Source of the DNA: Vicugna vicugna
Taxonomy: Eukaryota
Direction of reading: 5' to 3'
DNA length: 64,000 nucleotides
NCBI GenBank assembly: GCA_013265495.1
Contig: MU058781.1
Location: 1,158,963 to 1,222,962, forward strand
Shown one piece after another: positions 9,421-22,835 of the stretch. A model generated the notes under the pieces. The model was not told the DNA's origin and made no database searches. It saw only the letters and a list, made by a program, of their open reading frames with translations. The first letter of the stretch is position 1; the number at the start of each line of letters is the position of its first letter. Both the position numbers and the translations under genes were made by a program.

Positions 9421-12400
9421 ATATGCCTTGAGATACAACTTGTAAAGGGCTTCCATTATGTAGTGTGGCATGTTAAATAATCCGAAAATCTTTCTTATAC
9501 AAAGCATCCAGGAATCCTAATAAAAGCAGATCAGAACTCCCAAGAAAGTAAGATAAATCCTCAGGGCGGAAAACAAAGAGGAAGTTTAAAACCAAAGAGA
9601 TAGAAGTGGGCCAATGATTCAGGTACCCTATAGGGCTGGCAGGGGAGTGGGAGTGGTGGAGGCAGGTTCGACCTGGTCGCCTAGGCCATTTTACTAACCA
9701 TGAATAGACAAAAGACAAAAGCTTGACTCCACAAAAGGGGGCTGGAGGAGGGGCTGAATAGGAACTGAGACTCATGGTAAAGTCAGAGCCTTCACATGTG
9801 TATGGGCTCAGTGGAAGTTTGACAAGGAAACAAATGTATCCTCTGTCAAAAGGGATGATAAGCAAGCTGAACCATCTTTGCCTTGACTCTAGGTGAAGAA
9901 GTAAAGGCTTTGTTGGAAATCTATCTTTCCAGGCCTACACAAGCCCAAGATTCAAACGCACAGCGTGGTCCGGCAACACGCAAATGGAGATACCAACGTG
10001 AAAGTTTGTCCTAGACTGACAGCACATGAGGGGGACTTGGCAACAGCCAGAATAAATTTCCTTTGAAAGGACTTACCCTCAATTCAAGCTGCACTGGACT
10101 TGCACAGATAAAGCCTAACAAAGCACGATCTTACAGTTAAAAATTACAAAACACCTAAGAAAATGATCTACCAGAAATAAGATGGAAATCTGGCCTAAGA
10201 ATTCTGTACATCTTTCTAATCTTTGATACAGCAATTCCACTACTGAAAATGTTGCCTAAACCAAAAGATGGTACACAGCTACATAAACAAAGATGTTCGT
10301 TGCAACATTATTCACAAATATTTGGAAATCATTCTGTAGAGAAGAAGTTAAGTAAACTAGGGTACAACTGCTCTACGGAATATAGGACATTAAAATGATC
10401 ATCCTGAAGATCGTGTAACAGCACAGACAACGCTTGTTCTGAGTTTGATAAAAACTAAAATATAAAAATTCTGTCTGCTCTACCATGGCGTAGCATTTAG
10501 AACAATGCCTGTGAAAAACTTTAGACTACTACACAGTAAACTTGGCTGGTTTGTTAAAATTAAGATTTTTTTCTTTTCCTTGTTTAGAAATCCATTTACA
10601 TGGTTGTGATATTTGTGTAATAAATGTAATTGCATTTTCCATAAATGCCATTTTAATAATAATTTACATTTGCACATATCAAGTTATTTTAGCCTCACAA
10701 AATCTGTACAATTTATTGCTGTTAATCTGACATTGTTACTCAGAATTATTTCATGCACCTTGAGCGCTCAAAGATTGTACCATACAATTTATAAAGAAAT
10801 GTTGTAAAATTATTTTCACACTGAACTTTAGAGATGCCTTTGTTTTCTATTTTCTAGAAAAGTAGCCATTATTCCTAACTCTGCCCTTTTTGGTTTCTTA
10901 TCCTTCTCAAGAATTTATTTCAATAACTTTTGAAATACATGCTAAACTTTTACTAGGAAACAAAAAACCTAAGACTGAGATAGTATACTAATATCAAAGA
11001 TTTAATGCACTGTAAAAGAAACTTTAGTAAGTAAAGGGGTAAATGAATAAATGAGTGTGGAAAAACAGTTAGAATGTGTTACTTTATGACACTTTGATAT
11101 TAAGTACTTTGATAATACAAATTACGGGCAGAACAGGTTAGTTTTGTCGGTTTGCTGACTCCTGGGTACCCAGGAAGCTAAATGAAGCCCAGCGCACTCC
11201 CAAGGAATAAAAGTAGACAAAAATTATGACCTAATTCCATGCAAAGGATGAGGCAATGGTCTAATCATGAAATTCTTTAACTTGATTTTAGTATTTCCCA
11301 AACTTTGATCAGTGGAATACTAATGATCCTCACTCTGTACCTGAATATCCTTAAAAAATAGTGTGGTTAGAAGTTAAATAAAATGAAAAACATCACATGT
11401 TGCTTCTTTTTCTTGGAAATTACCATTGCATTTCAGTGTATTACTCTTACGATAAAGAGATTTGTTTTAATCCAATAGTTTCCAAACCTATTTACCAGAA
11501 ACCCTTTTACTGATTATCAATCTGCCAATACCTCATGGGCTACTGGGAACACAATTTGGAAAAGAGTTCCTTTAATACAAGTGCCTTAACTTTGTGTTAG
11601 GAGCCTTTGCTTTTGCCACAGCTACTGAAAGAATTTGTTTCCTTCATCCATAAGAAAAAAGTACCCATTTCTTCCACGAACTTCAAACAGCCACATCCCT
11701 GTAAAAGCCAACATATACCATTTAAAAAAAATTGAACCATGTAACTCTAGACAGATATGGGCAATGCAGAATAGGGCCACCATGATGTGTGTCCTCTGTT
11801 GTATGAATCATGTTGCATCAACAACAATTACTGTTCCCTGTTAGGAAAATGCACGTAACAGGTCCCAAAATGAGTACAGAGAATATCTGTAGCTTTGTAC
11901 GTTGTTTTGTTGTGGGCAAAGTTTGGCTTAAGTTTCTGGGAGGTTTTAGGAGAAAGAGAGTAGCAGGTGAACTTGTCTTTCTACTAAAACAAACTATAAT
12001 ATTTTTTTTTTCAAACAACCGTTCTGGTGTCCAGCCTACACAGGTAAGAGTTCATTGTATTCGTTCTGAGTGGCCATGTTAGCCACGTGTGGGAGGAGTA
12101 GATCCTCACCCACGACCTCTGCAGCCAGTGGCAGAGCTGGATAGATCGGGGAGCAGAGCGTGTGAAGGAGCAGTAAACAAGATGGCCTCAGGGTGTCGCA
12201 TATCTTGCCGTTACATTGATCATCCTTGGACCTCAACTAGGGTGCCCTTCCTGGTACAGTTATACTAAAAGGTAACAACCAAACTAACCAGCAGATAGTG
12301 CTGGCTCAGACAGGGGTAGAAATGCCTTTCCTCTCTACACTACTAGAGTTAGAGCAATTTTTCAAAACCACTGTACTCCAAGTCCGCAGACGTGTGCAGT

Positions 12401-12439
12401 GGAGAGTTGAGTTTATAAGAAAATTACATTTGTGGGAAT

Positions 12440-12640
12440 ATGACCATTTATCTAGCGCTTGTTGTGTGGCAGCCTATGCTGACTGCTTTGCATGGATTAT
12501 TTCACTGAATCTTCACAGCAACCCCGTGACAGACCACTTCATTCTCACCATCTTAAAGATGTGAAAACTGAAGCACAGAGAGGTTTAGGAACTTGCTCCA
12601 GGGCATATAGCTAATAGGAGGAGAAGTCTGGATTCCAATT
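12440..12640 (-). mobile_element. MIR SINE
   Basis: aatcttcacagcaaccccgtga...gatgtgaaaactgaagcacagagaggttt..aacttgctccagggca. Confidence 0.8.
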
Positions 12641-12775
12641 GAGAGGAGATGAGAGGCTTGTTCATGAGTGCCCTTTCCAATGAGATAAAAACCAAGACTC
12701 AGATGTTGATGCTTGCCCAGTATTCAGGATAGCACATCAGGAAATGGCAGGTCCAGGAGTGAGACCAAAGTAGTA

Positions 12776-13345
12776 TGTATTAACCGTACGTTTTATCATC
12801 TGCATTCTAACACATTGACATCTGGATGTTGCTGGACTCTGGAGAGATTGCCCCACCCAGAGTTAGCCAATTCTGAGAGATAGTAAACAACTACGAGTCA
12901 GTATATCTTTCAAATGCAAACCAACCAACCCAGAGCCCACACCCACAACCACCCCCTCTGTGGGCTCCCACACGCTGGACCACTGTCCACCTACCCAAAT
13001 CACTGCAGGGCTAGATGCCCAGGGACAGGCCTATGCCCCAGGGCCTAGGGGCATAAATTGAAATTGAAATTATTGCAATTATTCAAACTGGGCAATCCTA
13101 AAACTGCTTGTCCTACCTTTTCTCTTCCTTCCCATGGAAACCACAGTAAAGCCTCTTGCCCTCAATTTCCCTCTCTCCTCTGCCTTCTGGCCACGCTGGT
13201 GCTTCCCTGGGTGGCCCTTCGTGGTGTGGCTTGACCTTTCTCTTGGGACTTGTGAGTATTACCAAGTGTCTCTTCAATAGCAGTTGTCGCCCAATCTGTT
13301 GGCCTCACCACACCTGAGTAATGATAAAACCTGTATCTCAAATGT
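12776..13345 (+). mobile_element. MER74-like ERVL solo LTR
   Basis: Starts tgtattaacc; contains ttagccaattc..gagatagtaaacaact, atgcaaaccaaccaa.ccagagccca, aattattcaaact, ggaaaccacagtaaag, ctgttggcctcacca. Confidence 0.8.
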
Positions 13346-13914
13346 ATTGTGATGTCAATACCTGGAGTCCTTCCACTGCACCAAGTAGATTCCCATTGTC
13401 CTCATCAGGCATATGTAAAGCTTTCCTACAGCCAGGTAGGTAGCCCTCTTACATCTAACAAGGGCTTCTAAACATGTGAGTAAAAATGCCATCAATGTCT
13501 TCAGTGAGTTTAACTTGTCAATTTACTGCTCTGCTAAAATGCAAAGTAATTTAACAATTTCTACAAAGAGTTACCCCAATTTCTATAGCCAGAGCTGATT
13601 AATAAGTAAATTAATGCTGTTAAGAGAAGAGGCAAATTGGTAAATTTTTTACAAATAATGATTAGTTTCATAGCCTAAGAAATTGCTTGTCTTGCTAAAT
13701 TGCTACCCGTCCATATATTAGACACTTGAAATGTATGTTTGAAAGGTACAATTTTGAGACTTACTTTTCTCATTAGAGCTGTAAGAATGTATTTACCATC
13801 AATTCCAACATCTGGATTTAGCATGATAAAAATGCAACATTTTTGAAATTTCTGTGATTTTAGGCTATTTATTTTAAATAGCTAAACTGATTTCTTCTTT
13901 TTAAAAAAAAAATT

Positions 13915-14060
13915 ATAGGGGGAAAAATTCTCCCAGGCTAAGACCCGATGAGCAGAGTTTTAGCCTAGAGCAAATTTTTACAGCTCAGTTATAAACCCCT
14001 GAAATAGGAGTTCATAATGGAAACAGCTGCTCAACCTTAACTATTGCGGGTGCCACTATA
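13915..14060. mobile_element. Ancient repeat relic, MER121-like
   Basis: ttttagcctagagcaaatttttacagctcagttataaacccctgaaataggagttcataatggaaac..caaccttaactat resembles the remembered MER121 core; name from memory. Confidence 0.5.
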
Positions 14061-14609
14061 ATAAAAACGGCAGGAGTTCACATTAACATTGGCTTCCCTT
14101 ACACTCTTTCCTGTTATCCATCCATTAACCAAACTACACTACCTAGTGGAGGTAAAGGCTACAGCTATGTTCACGATGAAAATAACAAGATAGGCAACTT
14201 ACAGGTGGTAAATAACGTATCCCCCAAACATCAGAGTGTACAAATAACCCCCCGGAGGCTGCTCTCCAGTCTGGAGAATAACATCCCACCCCAGTGATTT
14301 CAAATTAGGAATCACATCCCAGCCCCAGAAAACACTAAGACATGACGCCTATTTCCTGTTTACTTTTTGAAATGTACTACATTTGCAGTACTTGTAGAGA
14401 GAATATACTTAAAAAAATATCTCTCCTTTATCATGGGGCTACCTTTATAGTACATTCATACATGCTGACAGGTAGATGATTGCCTGAAATTAGAAACAAT
14501 ATTTGAATTGAGGTAACTGAGTATTTCACTCATCAATGCTACCACGGTGTGATCCAGATTAAATCCAAAGGGGTTCCACTTGCGGGCTACCTTTGAAACC
14601 CCTGAGGGT

Positions 14610-14790
14610 GAGGAAAGCACCAATATTTTTGAGTGCTTATGACATGCAAGATTCTTTGCATCTGTTATTCAGTTCTGATAGCAAAACCCGATTATTACCC
14701 ATCCCATATACCTAGGAGAAAATTGAGGCTCAGATTGGGTAGATAACTTTTTCTTTTCATGGTAAACAGAGAAGCAAGATGAGCTGCAAC
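14610..14790 (-). mobile_element. MIR fragment
   Basis: tttttgagtgcttatgacatgcaag...attattacccatccca..ggagaaaattgaggctcaga. Confidence 0.6.
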
Positions 14791-15859
14791 TTTTGTCTGA
14801 CGGTAAACTAACTGTACTGCTGGTTTACAAGAGAGAATTTTTTTTTTAATCTAAATCATTTTTCGTTTTACTCTGAAGATGATTGCCTTGGAGAGCTTTC
14901 ACATTTGAAGACATTATTCTGAGAGTCTCTAAGGTGTACTAGGTGAGTTTATTACGGTTGCACAGAATTGGTGGCCAAGCCCCTTGTGCTGACCAACAGG
15001 ACCGACCCTTCCGAGGTTTCTAATGGCTTTTAAAAACCTGGCAGACTCCCCATCCGGTGAGCGCTTGCCTCGCTGGGTGAATATGATGCTGTGGAAATTG
15101 CCTTCCTTACAACAGTATCCTTCCTGACTCTTTAGCATGAGCCACCTGTCCCACCACTTGGTTTTCGGTTCCATTCTGTAGATGACAGTGTGACTCCAGC
15201 AAGGCTCCAGCACACAGCTCCAAGCCTGTTTCCACGTGAAGGTGAGCTTTGTTCTGACATCGCTTAAAAGCCTATTTACCAACCTATTTTTCATTCGAAA
15301 CCCTTTAAATCAAAGATGTCACTGAATAAAATGTAAACATTTAAATGTCTGCTATTTTAACGTAGCCATCCTCTGAACCATTTTCAAAAATAAACTGAGA
15401 GACCTTGGTTGTGAAAAGGGTAGAAGGAATGAAGGGTAAATTCCCACAATCCCCAGGAAGCCACCTTGACAAACTGGAAGTGGGGTATCATCGCAGCTCT
15501 GTCTGAACAACATCCCTGCCTCTTCCCCCATCGCAAAAAAAATACAGTGGTGCCATTGTCTCTAATGTAAATGTCTTGCATGTTTACGTGGTTTCTGACT
15601 GAGCTATTGTTTATATTGCAGTCTGGGTATCCAATTTTTTTTTTCCAAATTGATTTTGGAAAGTAAGGTAGCAACTACCACATTTTGCTTTATTTGTGGA
15701 ACAAAGCCCAGTGTTATATCCAGGTGAATATTTTAAATCAATAGTTTAAATAAGTATGGTGGTGATTTTAAAGATAGCCATTATTAACATACAAACACTT
15801 TTTTACATTATAGGTATTCATTTTCTTTCTAAACTCAAGAATATTTATTATCTGAACCG

Positions 15860-16020
15860 CTTTGGGAAGCTCTTAGAAGTAACAGACCCTATTTCTGGAA
15901 AATGTGCAGTTCACACATGTGTATACAATACTTTATATATGATTTCAGGGAGTTAAAAGATCTGTTTGCCTACCTTTGGACCTCCTGGACATACAAAAAC
16001 ACCAAATTAAGACTCTTGAG
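15860..16020. mobile_element. hAT-Charlie-type DNA transposon remnant
   Basis: cagaccctatttctggaaaatgtgca..atgatttcagggagtt..aaattaagactcttg pattern. Confidence 0.45.
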
Positions 16021-16564
16021 TTTACAGACTATAATAACTATAATTGTTTTCAAAGATTCTGCTGGATGATGTATGAAAAATGAAATTCAGGATAAGAAAT
16101 TTAGATTCTTTCCTTAAATCTCCTACTGCGCAACTTTAAAAACAGTTTCTTTACCCCTTCTGACCAGTCTTCTACCTTCGACCATGATATGACTGGGGGT
16201 AGTGGGGGCTCATCTCAGCACGTTTTAACATCAGATAATTTAAAGAGGGCGAAAATAATGGAAAGGCATCTAATTACTAAATATACACACACATACACAT
16301 ATACACACATACATGCACACATACACATATACATACATATTTTTTTTAAGGCAAAATATATCTGCCTTGGAAAGCTTTAAAATTTGAGGGTGTTATTCTA
16401 AGACCCCCATAAGTTGTACTTACATAGATTTTTGTAGGATCTCTTAGAAAGTATTTTGGCAACCAGATCTCTTGTCCTCACCAAAGGGACTGACCTCCCC
16501 AAAATTTTACTTGACCTCCAGAAAAGATAGAAGAGGCAGTTCTACATCTCATCAAACCACAGGG

Positions 16565-16715
16565 CAGTGATTTTCAAAGTGTGGCCTCAGACCAGCAGCC
16601 AGCAACACGTAGGAACTTGTTAGCCATGCAGATTCTCAGCCCTACACAAGACCTGTAGACACGCTGGGCATGGCGCCCAGGGAGCTCCCCAGGGGATGCT
16701 GGGTGGGAATCACTG
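16565..16715. mobile_element. MER5A-like hAT element, internally deleted
   Basis: Terminal inverted repeats cagtgatt / aatcactg; caaagtgtggcc.cagaccagcagc..gaacttgttag..atgcagattctcag. Confidence 0.8.
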
Positions 16716-18102
16716 TGCTGCAGCAGCTTCCCTGCCACGGGAGGCTGTATTTTAGCAGCAGCCTGAGCTCCCAAGGCGCACATCAGCCCCAGCGAGGACC
16801 ACTCCAGTCTCCTCAAGACTGACAAACCTTTCTCCTTAATGACGCAACCCCAACCTTCCACATGTAAACTTGCTCAGAACTCTCTGTTTCACATCAAGAT
16901 ACGAAAGACCATGTTTAAAAAAGCTGAGCAGACTAATATCCAGGCATTAGAGGGAGATGCAGATTTGTTGCAGGTCCAAATCCTCCTCAAACAGCATTTT
17001 ATTACTGCTTAGGTGAGTAAAGACAGTCCAGCTTAACCTAGTGAGCAGATGTATGTATCGTTCAGTTGAAAAATAGATTACAGATTTGTCGGTTTAATTT
17101 TTGGTTTAGGCTATTCAGTGTATAAAAGTCCAAGTGAATTTCACTAGCAATTCCCCCCAACCCGAGAATCACCGATGATAATTATCAATGAAGAAAAAAT
17201 CCCAACACTTTAAATTACAGTTACAAATCATACATATCTTTTTACTTTTAATTTTCACCATATTGTACAAATACATCTAATTATTCTCACGCTACATAGT
17301 ACGCTCTGAAGTGCCTTAGGGGACCGATTGGTTTATCAATTCAATTAGAAAGTTGGTTGTTTTGATTAACGTCAACTATTATCTATTATAATGAGTATCA
17401 TAATGCCATCTAATTAAGACAAAGAAAGCGCTTTACAATTTCCAAACCTATTGCCGGTATGAGTAAAAGTCAAAACAACAGCAAAAAGCTGTCTGGTTCC
17501 AGTCAACGCAGAGACAGTCCTACAAACCTCTGTCTGCCTCTGGAATCATTCAATTCTGAAGTCTGTGAAAACTGATCTACATGGTGATGGTCCTGGGACA
17601 TCAAGAATTGTTCAGCCACGCGCGTCCGCTCTGTTGAGGACGGCGGGGATACGGAGCTGGTGAGAGGACATGGTGGCACTGAGTCTGTATTATTGGATTC
17701 AAAACTGTAAGGAAGTGAGAGTCAACCTCCCCTGCCCACGACAAATACCTCAAACGAATGCTTCCAGAGACACCTCAGTGCTTCTTAAAAGATTTTTGCT
17801 GCCCTGGCGTCCCAGAGGATCTGGCAGACACCTCTTAGCTGCCATGGGTGACTTGGGCAGTAAGGCTATAGGACGGGGCAGGCTGGCGGGGCCAGTCTGC
17901 CCACTCCCCATCACCAGAGTGTTCCACCAGAATCTCCAGAATCCTGGGTTCTCTGGAAGGAGAATCCAGGTGCCTGGGCTATGTCCAAGGGCCATCATTT
18001 AATAGCTGTGTGCCTCTGTTGGCCTTTCAATATGGGATTGTCTAGGAAGTACTATGAGGAAATTGATGATCCACTGGAGGCTTGTTGAAGGGTAAAGAGA
18101 AC

Positions 18103-18462
18103 TGTCTAAGACCATTGGGCTGCCGTAACAAAATACTACAGATGCAGTAACTTAAACAATAGAAATGTATTTCTCAGGGACCTGAAGGCTGAAAATCCAA
18201 GATCAAGGTGTCAGCTGACTCAGTTCCTGGTAAGAGTTCTCTGCCTGACTTATATTCAGCTGCCATCTCATTGTGTCTTCACATGGTGAAGACAGAGGGA
18301 GACATCTTTTGTTTCTTCCTCTTCTTATAAGGGCATCACCTGTATTGGATCAGGATCCCACCCTTATGACCTTATTTAATCTTCCTTATTCCAACCCGAG
18401 TCACACTGGGGGTTAGGGCTTCAACTTATGAATTTGGGAGGGACACAATTCAGTCCACAGCA
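18103..18462 (-). mobile_element. MaLR solo LTR (MLT1A-like) with 5-bp TSD AGAAC
   Basis: gggctgccgtaacaaaatac..tccaagatcaaggtgtcag..gggggttagggcttcaac.tatgaattt..acacaattcagtcca; agaac at 18098-18102 and 18463-18467. Confidence 0.9.
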
Positions 18463-18958
18463 AGAACTATACCAATGCAGATTTTTTAGCCCTCTAGGGC
18501 CAATTCAGGGGTAGCACCCAGCTCACACAGCATTCTAATTTTAACTATGGCAAAATCTTATTCTTTGAAGTTTTCTGTCTGAGGAAGAGAAACTTAGAAT
18601 AGTTAGCTAAGGTTGATGAGAATTTCTTTTTATGGAGTGCACAGTGTTCTGAACATGGACAAGGCAGATTTAAATGGGGACTGTTACCAAATAGTTACAT
18701 AACTGCGATATTTCTTTGGGTTGTACCTGAACGTCCTGAATTGTCCTCTGCAATTCTCAGTGTGTCTGTGCTTCACTAACTTCAGTCTTTACCTGTAGAT
18801 GTTAAGATAGTCATTTTATGATCTATCCAGGCAAAGGAAAGTATTTGGTCAAAAATATTAGACTCTCCAGATTCTCTTAATCCATTTGCAAAGAATTGCT
18901 ATCTGTGAATCCGAAGTCTTAGAAAACCTGCATCATTCATTCTGTGGACCTTTTTACA

Positions 18959-19297
18959 TTTTTTTTAAATTGAAGTATAGCTGATTTACAATGTTAGTTC
19001 CTGGTGTACAGCATAGTGGTTCAGTTATTCATATATGAATTCTTTTTCATTTAGGTTATTACAAGCTACTGAATATAAGCTCCCTGTGCTACACAGTGGG
19101 ACCCTGCTGTTTATCTGTTTTGTGCATAGTAGTTTATATCTGCTAGTCCCAAACTCCTAATTTATCCCTGCCCACCATCCCCTTTGATAACCATAAGTTT
19201 GTTTTCTGTGTCTGTGAGTCTGTTTCTGTTTTGTAAATGAGTTCATTTGTGTCGTTTTTTCTTAGATTCCACATATCATATGATATTTGTCTGGCTT
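18959..19297 (-). mobile_element. L1 3' end (artiodactyl/camelid type), 5'-truncated
   Basis: ttttaaattgaagtatagctgatttacaatg..tccctgtgctacacagt..ctgtgagtctgtttctgttttgtaaat..tagattccacata. Confidence 0.9.
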
Positions 19298-19637
19298 GAA
19301 AAGATGCATGTTCATCTTTCCAATATTCGTAGCAGCGCTATGTACAATAGCCCGTCTGCGTTTGTGATGAATTTGGTTCTGGAGATGATGCTGGTCTCAC
19401 ACGCGAACTTGCTTGCACCTGGAGCTATGGTAGCATCACTGGACTGGATCATAAATGCGTTTTCAAAGTTTAGGGCATTTCACTTCATTTGGGGATACAT
19501 ACTTCTGTTGGGAAGTAGTTTCGATGACAAAACTTACATTGAATAAAAAGCCTTTTGGCCAAGTTCCTAGACTGAAACCGTATTTTTTGTTTGTGGTCTG
19601 GATCAGTCCTAAAACCAACATTATCAGTATGTAACAT

Positions 19638-19707
19638 CTGTGTGTGCATGTGGACATTTATACACATATACAAATGTGTGTGCTCATAACACATATGTGG
19701 ATATACA

Positions 19708-19740
<33 letters not shown>

Positions 19741-19792
19741 ATATCTGCCTGTGAGTGTGTGTGTGTGTATACATACATTTGTGTGAGTGTGT
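19638..19792. repeat. (TG)n/(TA)n compound microsatellite
   Basis: Visible alternating purine-pyrimidine run. Confidence 0.9.
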
Positions 19793-21890
19793 ATTTTCTC
19801 ACTGGTAGGGCAATCTAATGTCTCTTTCCAATTCCCATGACCTAGTGCAAACAACAGTTGGTTTTTGTCCCATGAAGGAGCCAACTGGTTCCTTCAGGTG
19901 CAGATACTAGCTTCTTAATGGAAAAACCTGACTGTTTCCAGCAAGCTGATTCAGCAAAACGAACCCTCTGAATTGGTCTGTTAGTCACAGTGAGGGGAAG
20001 TTACAAACCAGAATGGTTCACTGGTGTATAATAAAGATAGAAAGTGGTCTTTGGGAGAATGGTTCTTTTCTCCACTTTTGATCTTATTTCCTCTTGCGAC
20101 TGATCGGTGTCAGCTGTCAGGCGGCCAGATTTACCTGGAAAATGTTGCTGGGCGCAGGATGAATTCAAGTCTATGGTTCAATATATTTTAGACAGAAGTA
20201 GTGTGGATCCTTAAGAGGAAAGTTTATTTTCTCCTGTTTTTCCTTCCCCGTCTCACAAGGTTGCAAGGCTCCCAAACATCCCCCATCCACATCTCTGTTG
20301 CATCCCACGCGAAATAAATATTATCCGTCTTCTCCTTCCATATTGCGTGTGTGCCCGTGAAGCTGCTTCAGCAGAGCTCGGATCCTTGTCCTGTTTCTCC
20401 TGCGTTCCTTCAGGTTGAATCGTTTGTGGGTTAACAGACGAGAATGATTTAGGGACATTTGGAACAAGCGGTTCATTTGCCTCATGTAAACATGACATGA
20501 TCAAAAAAGTGAGTGTGTGTGTGCGTGTGTGTGTAAGATTATAAAGAAAAGTCAATATATGAGAGAAAAAATGAGCAGTTTGATCTACATGAATAAGGCA
20601 GCCCTTTTTCTTGAGTCTTGATATCTTCTTTTTTATCTTAAAATGTGCTGCATAAGGCAGAGAAATGTCTAAATTCATATTCCATGAAATCTGTGACTGC
20701 TTCTTCTTTAATGTAATGTCTTTGGGACATGAACCCATTAGGATAATGATCTGATTGGTAAAGAGAGGTCATTAGATGGTTTTCTCCAAAGACGTAGCTG
20801 CCAGAAAGGAATAGTGATTAGAAATAGAAAAGCTTCTTTTTTTAAGCTTCCTGTTTTGCCGTAGTTTTTATCCATAGTTAAAAAAAATTTATTCTTCCAT
20901 GCTCAGTAAATTTCCCAAAGAGTTTTGAACTCAGATAACAGGAGATTTCTTTAGATGCACAATGATTCTTGAATACTCATTATGAATGGATTTCCTAACT
21001 ACATTTTTAATGCATGCATATTGTGTCAATGAGTGAAAATGTTCCTACACTGAGGGACAAAATACATCAGGTTTTTATTTGGGAAGGAAACTCAGTGGTT
21101 CCTACACACATACAAGAAAGTATAATTGATAAGTCTTTTGCTGGAATTTTTGGTAACATATTCAGGAAGCTAGAAGCGTTTTTTTTTTTTTTAATTTCTT
21201 TTTTGAAGCATTACAAATGCTACTGTTGTGAAAATAAACCGTAACAACCACGTAGTTACAGAAACCCAAACAAACCAGCCACAACGCTGCTGCTGCTTTT
21301 GGGGAATCACAATACGAGAACTGAGTACCAGAATTCAGCCAGCTTAGGATGCAATACCTTGTAACAGTTAGAGCAGTGGCTTAGGAATGACACAGGTGCA
21401 TCTGTGAGCCAGGATACCAGGGCAGTCACTCAGAGGAGGGACTAACAGAAGTCTGGGACATTTAGGGAACAAAATAGAAGCCAGGGAATACAGGCCTCAT
21501 ATTGTCAGATTAGTGTCTGTGCCACTGCTCCGTCATCTGTTGTAGCAATGGCATCTTCCCCTGGAAAGCTTGACATTGAGTACTTTGCATTAAAATATCA
21601 AGCACAAGGGGAAAGAAAGAATTATCGAGCTCCTTGAATAATCTACTTTTATCAACATTAGAAAACCTATCAAGTTCATTTAACTGTGACTCAGTGTATA
21701 TGCATTCCTTTTCAGGATAAACCCCAAGTTAGTACACATATTTCAGCAGAAATAAATCCCAGAGATTGAGAGAAAAAGAGAGAGAAGATAATTAGAGTTG
21801 AAATATAAGTGTTTAGTCAGCTTTCTTGATTTTTGTTGGGAAGATGGTAACTCTTGATCTTTTTACGTCATCTTCATGTTTCTTGCCTGT

Positions 21891-22441
21891 TGTATTATTT
21901 TTTCTTTTGCTGTGTAACAAATTACTATAAAATTAGCAGCTTAAAGCACCAAAAATATATTACCTCACAATTTTTGAGGATCAGGAATCTGGTTTCATCA
22001 GGTTGAAATCAAGTTGTTGTCATGGACTAGACCTCATCTGAAGTCCAGTGTCTTCTTCCAAGCTCACTGGTTGTGGGCAGAATTCATTGCCTTGCGGTTG
22101 TAGGACTGTGGTCCCCAGTTTTTTGCTATTGGCTAGAGGTCACTTTCAGCTCCTAGATGCCTCCCGCTCACAGGCCCTGTCGTATTGTAGCTGGTGACAT
22201 CAGAGAGCCCCTGTTCTTAAAAGCTCAACTGTTTGGATGAGGCTGACCCAACTGATGAACTCAAAGGCAACTGATTCACAAAATCCCTTCCCTCTTGACA
22301 TGTAACGTCATGTAATGTCACCTCATCATGACAGTGACAGCCCATCATAGTCACAGGTTCTCTGCTCACTCAGGGAAGGGGATCGCACAAGGTGTACACA
22401 TGAGGGCAATATCAGGGGCCATCAGAGGTCTGCCTAGCACA
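21891..22441 (-). mobile_element. MaLR LTR (MLT1E/F-like)
   Basis: tgtatta..gctgtgtaacaaattac..agcagcttaaa, ttccaagctcactggttgtgggcagaattca, ttgcggttgtaggactg, ends ggtctgcctagcaca. Confidence 0.8.
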
Positions 22442-22589
22442 TTGCCAGTCCAACATCTGCTCTTCTGTGGTGACCTCTGGGGTCATACTACTTCTTGGCC
22501 ACTTACCCAGTGGGAAGAGCCAGATACCTGGAGTAGAGGAAGGTGAAAGTAGTACCACTGAGTGCTTAAACTAAGTGACTTCAGCATCA

Positions 22590-22835
22590 GCCAACCTTCA
22601 TTCAGCTTGACTCATAACTCTGCCTCTTGGCCTCAGTGTTCACCCTTGTAAAATGGGCAGAATTTTTCATAGACTCATCATGGGGATAAAAGGAGGATGT
22701 ACCCAAAGCATGTAGCACAGTGGCTGCCACATAACTCCACATGGGCAAGAGCCATATCTTCCTCTTTCTCCTTTAAATGTTCAATGAGTCTGGCACATAG
22801 CTGCTCTTCAATAAATATTTGTTAAATGACCAAAC
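22590..22835 (+). mobile_element. MIR fragment followed by L2 3' tail
   Basis: ggcctcagtgttcacccttgtaaaatggg; ctggcacatag..tcaataaatatttgttaaatga. Confidence 0.6.

Noticed and set aside
14929..15294. 121-aa ATG-initiated minus ORF
   Set aside because: No recognisable domain, promoter or supporting splice structure; length is compatible with chance.
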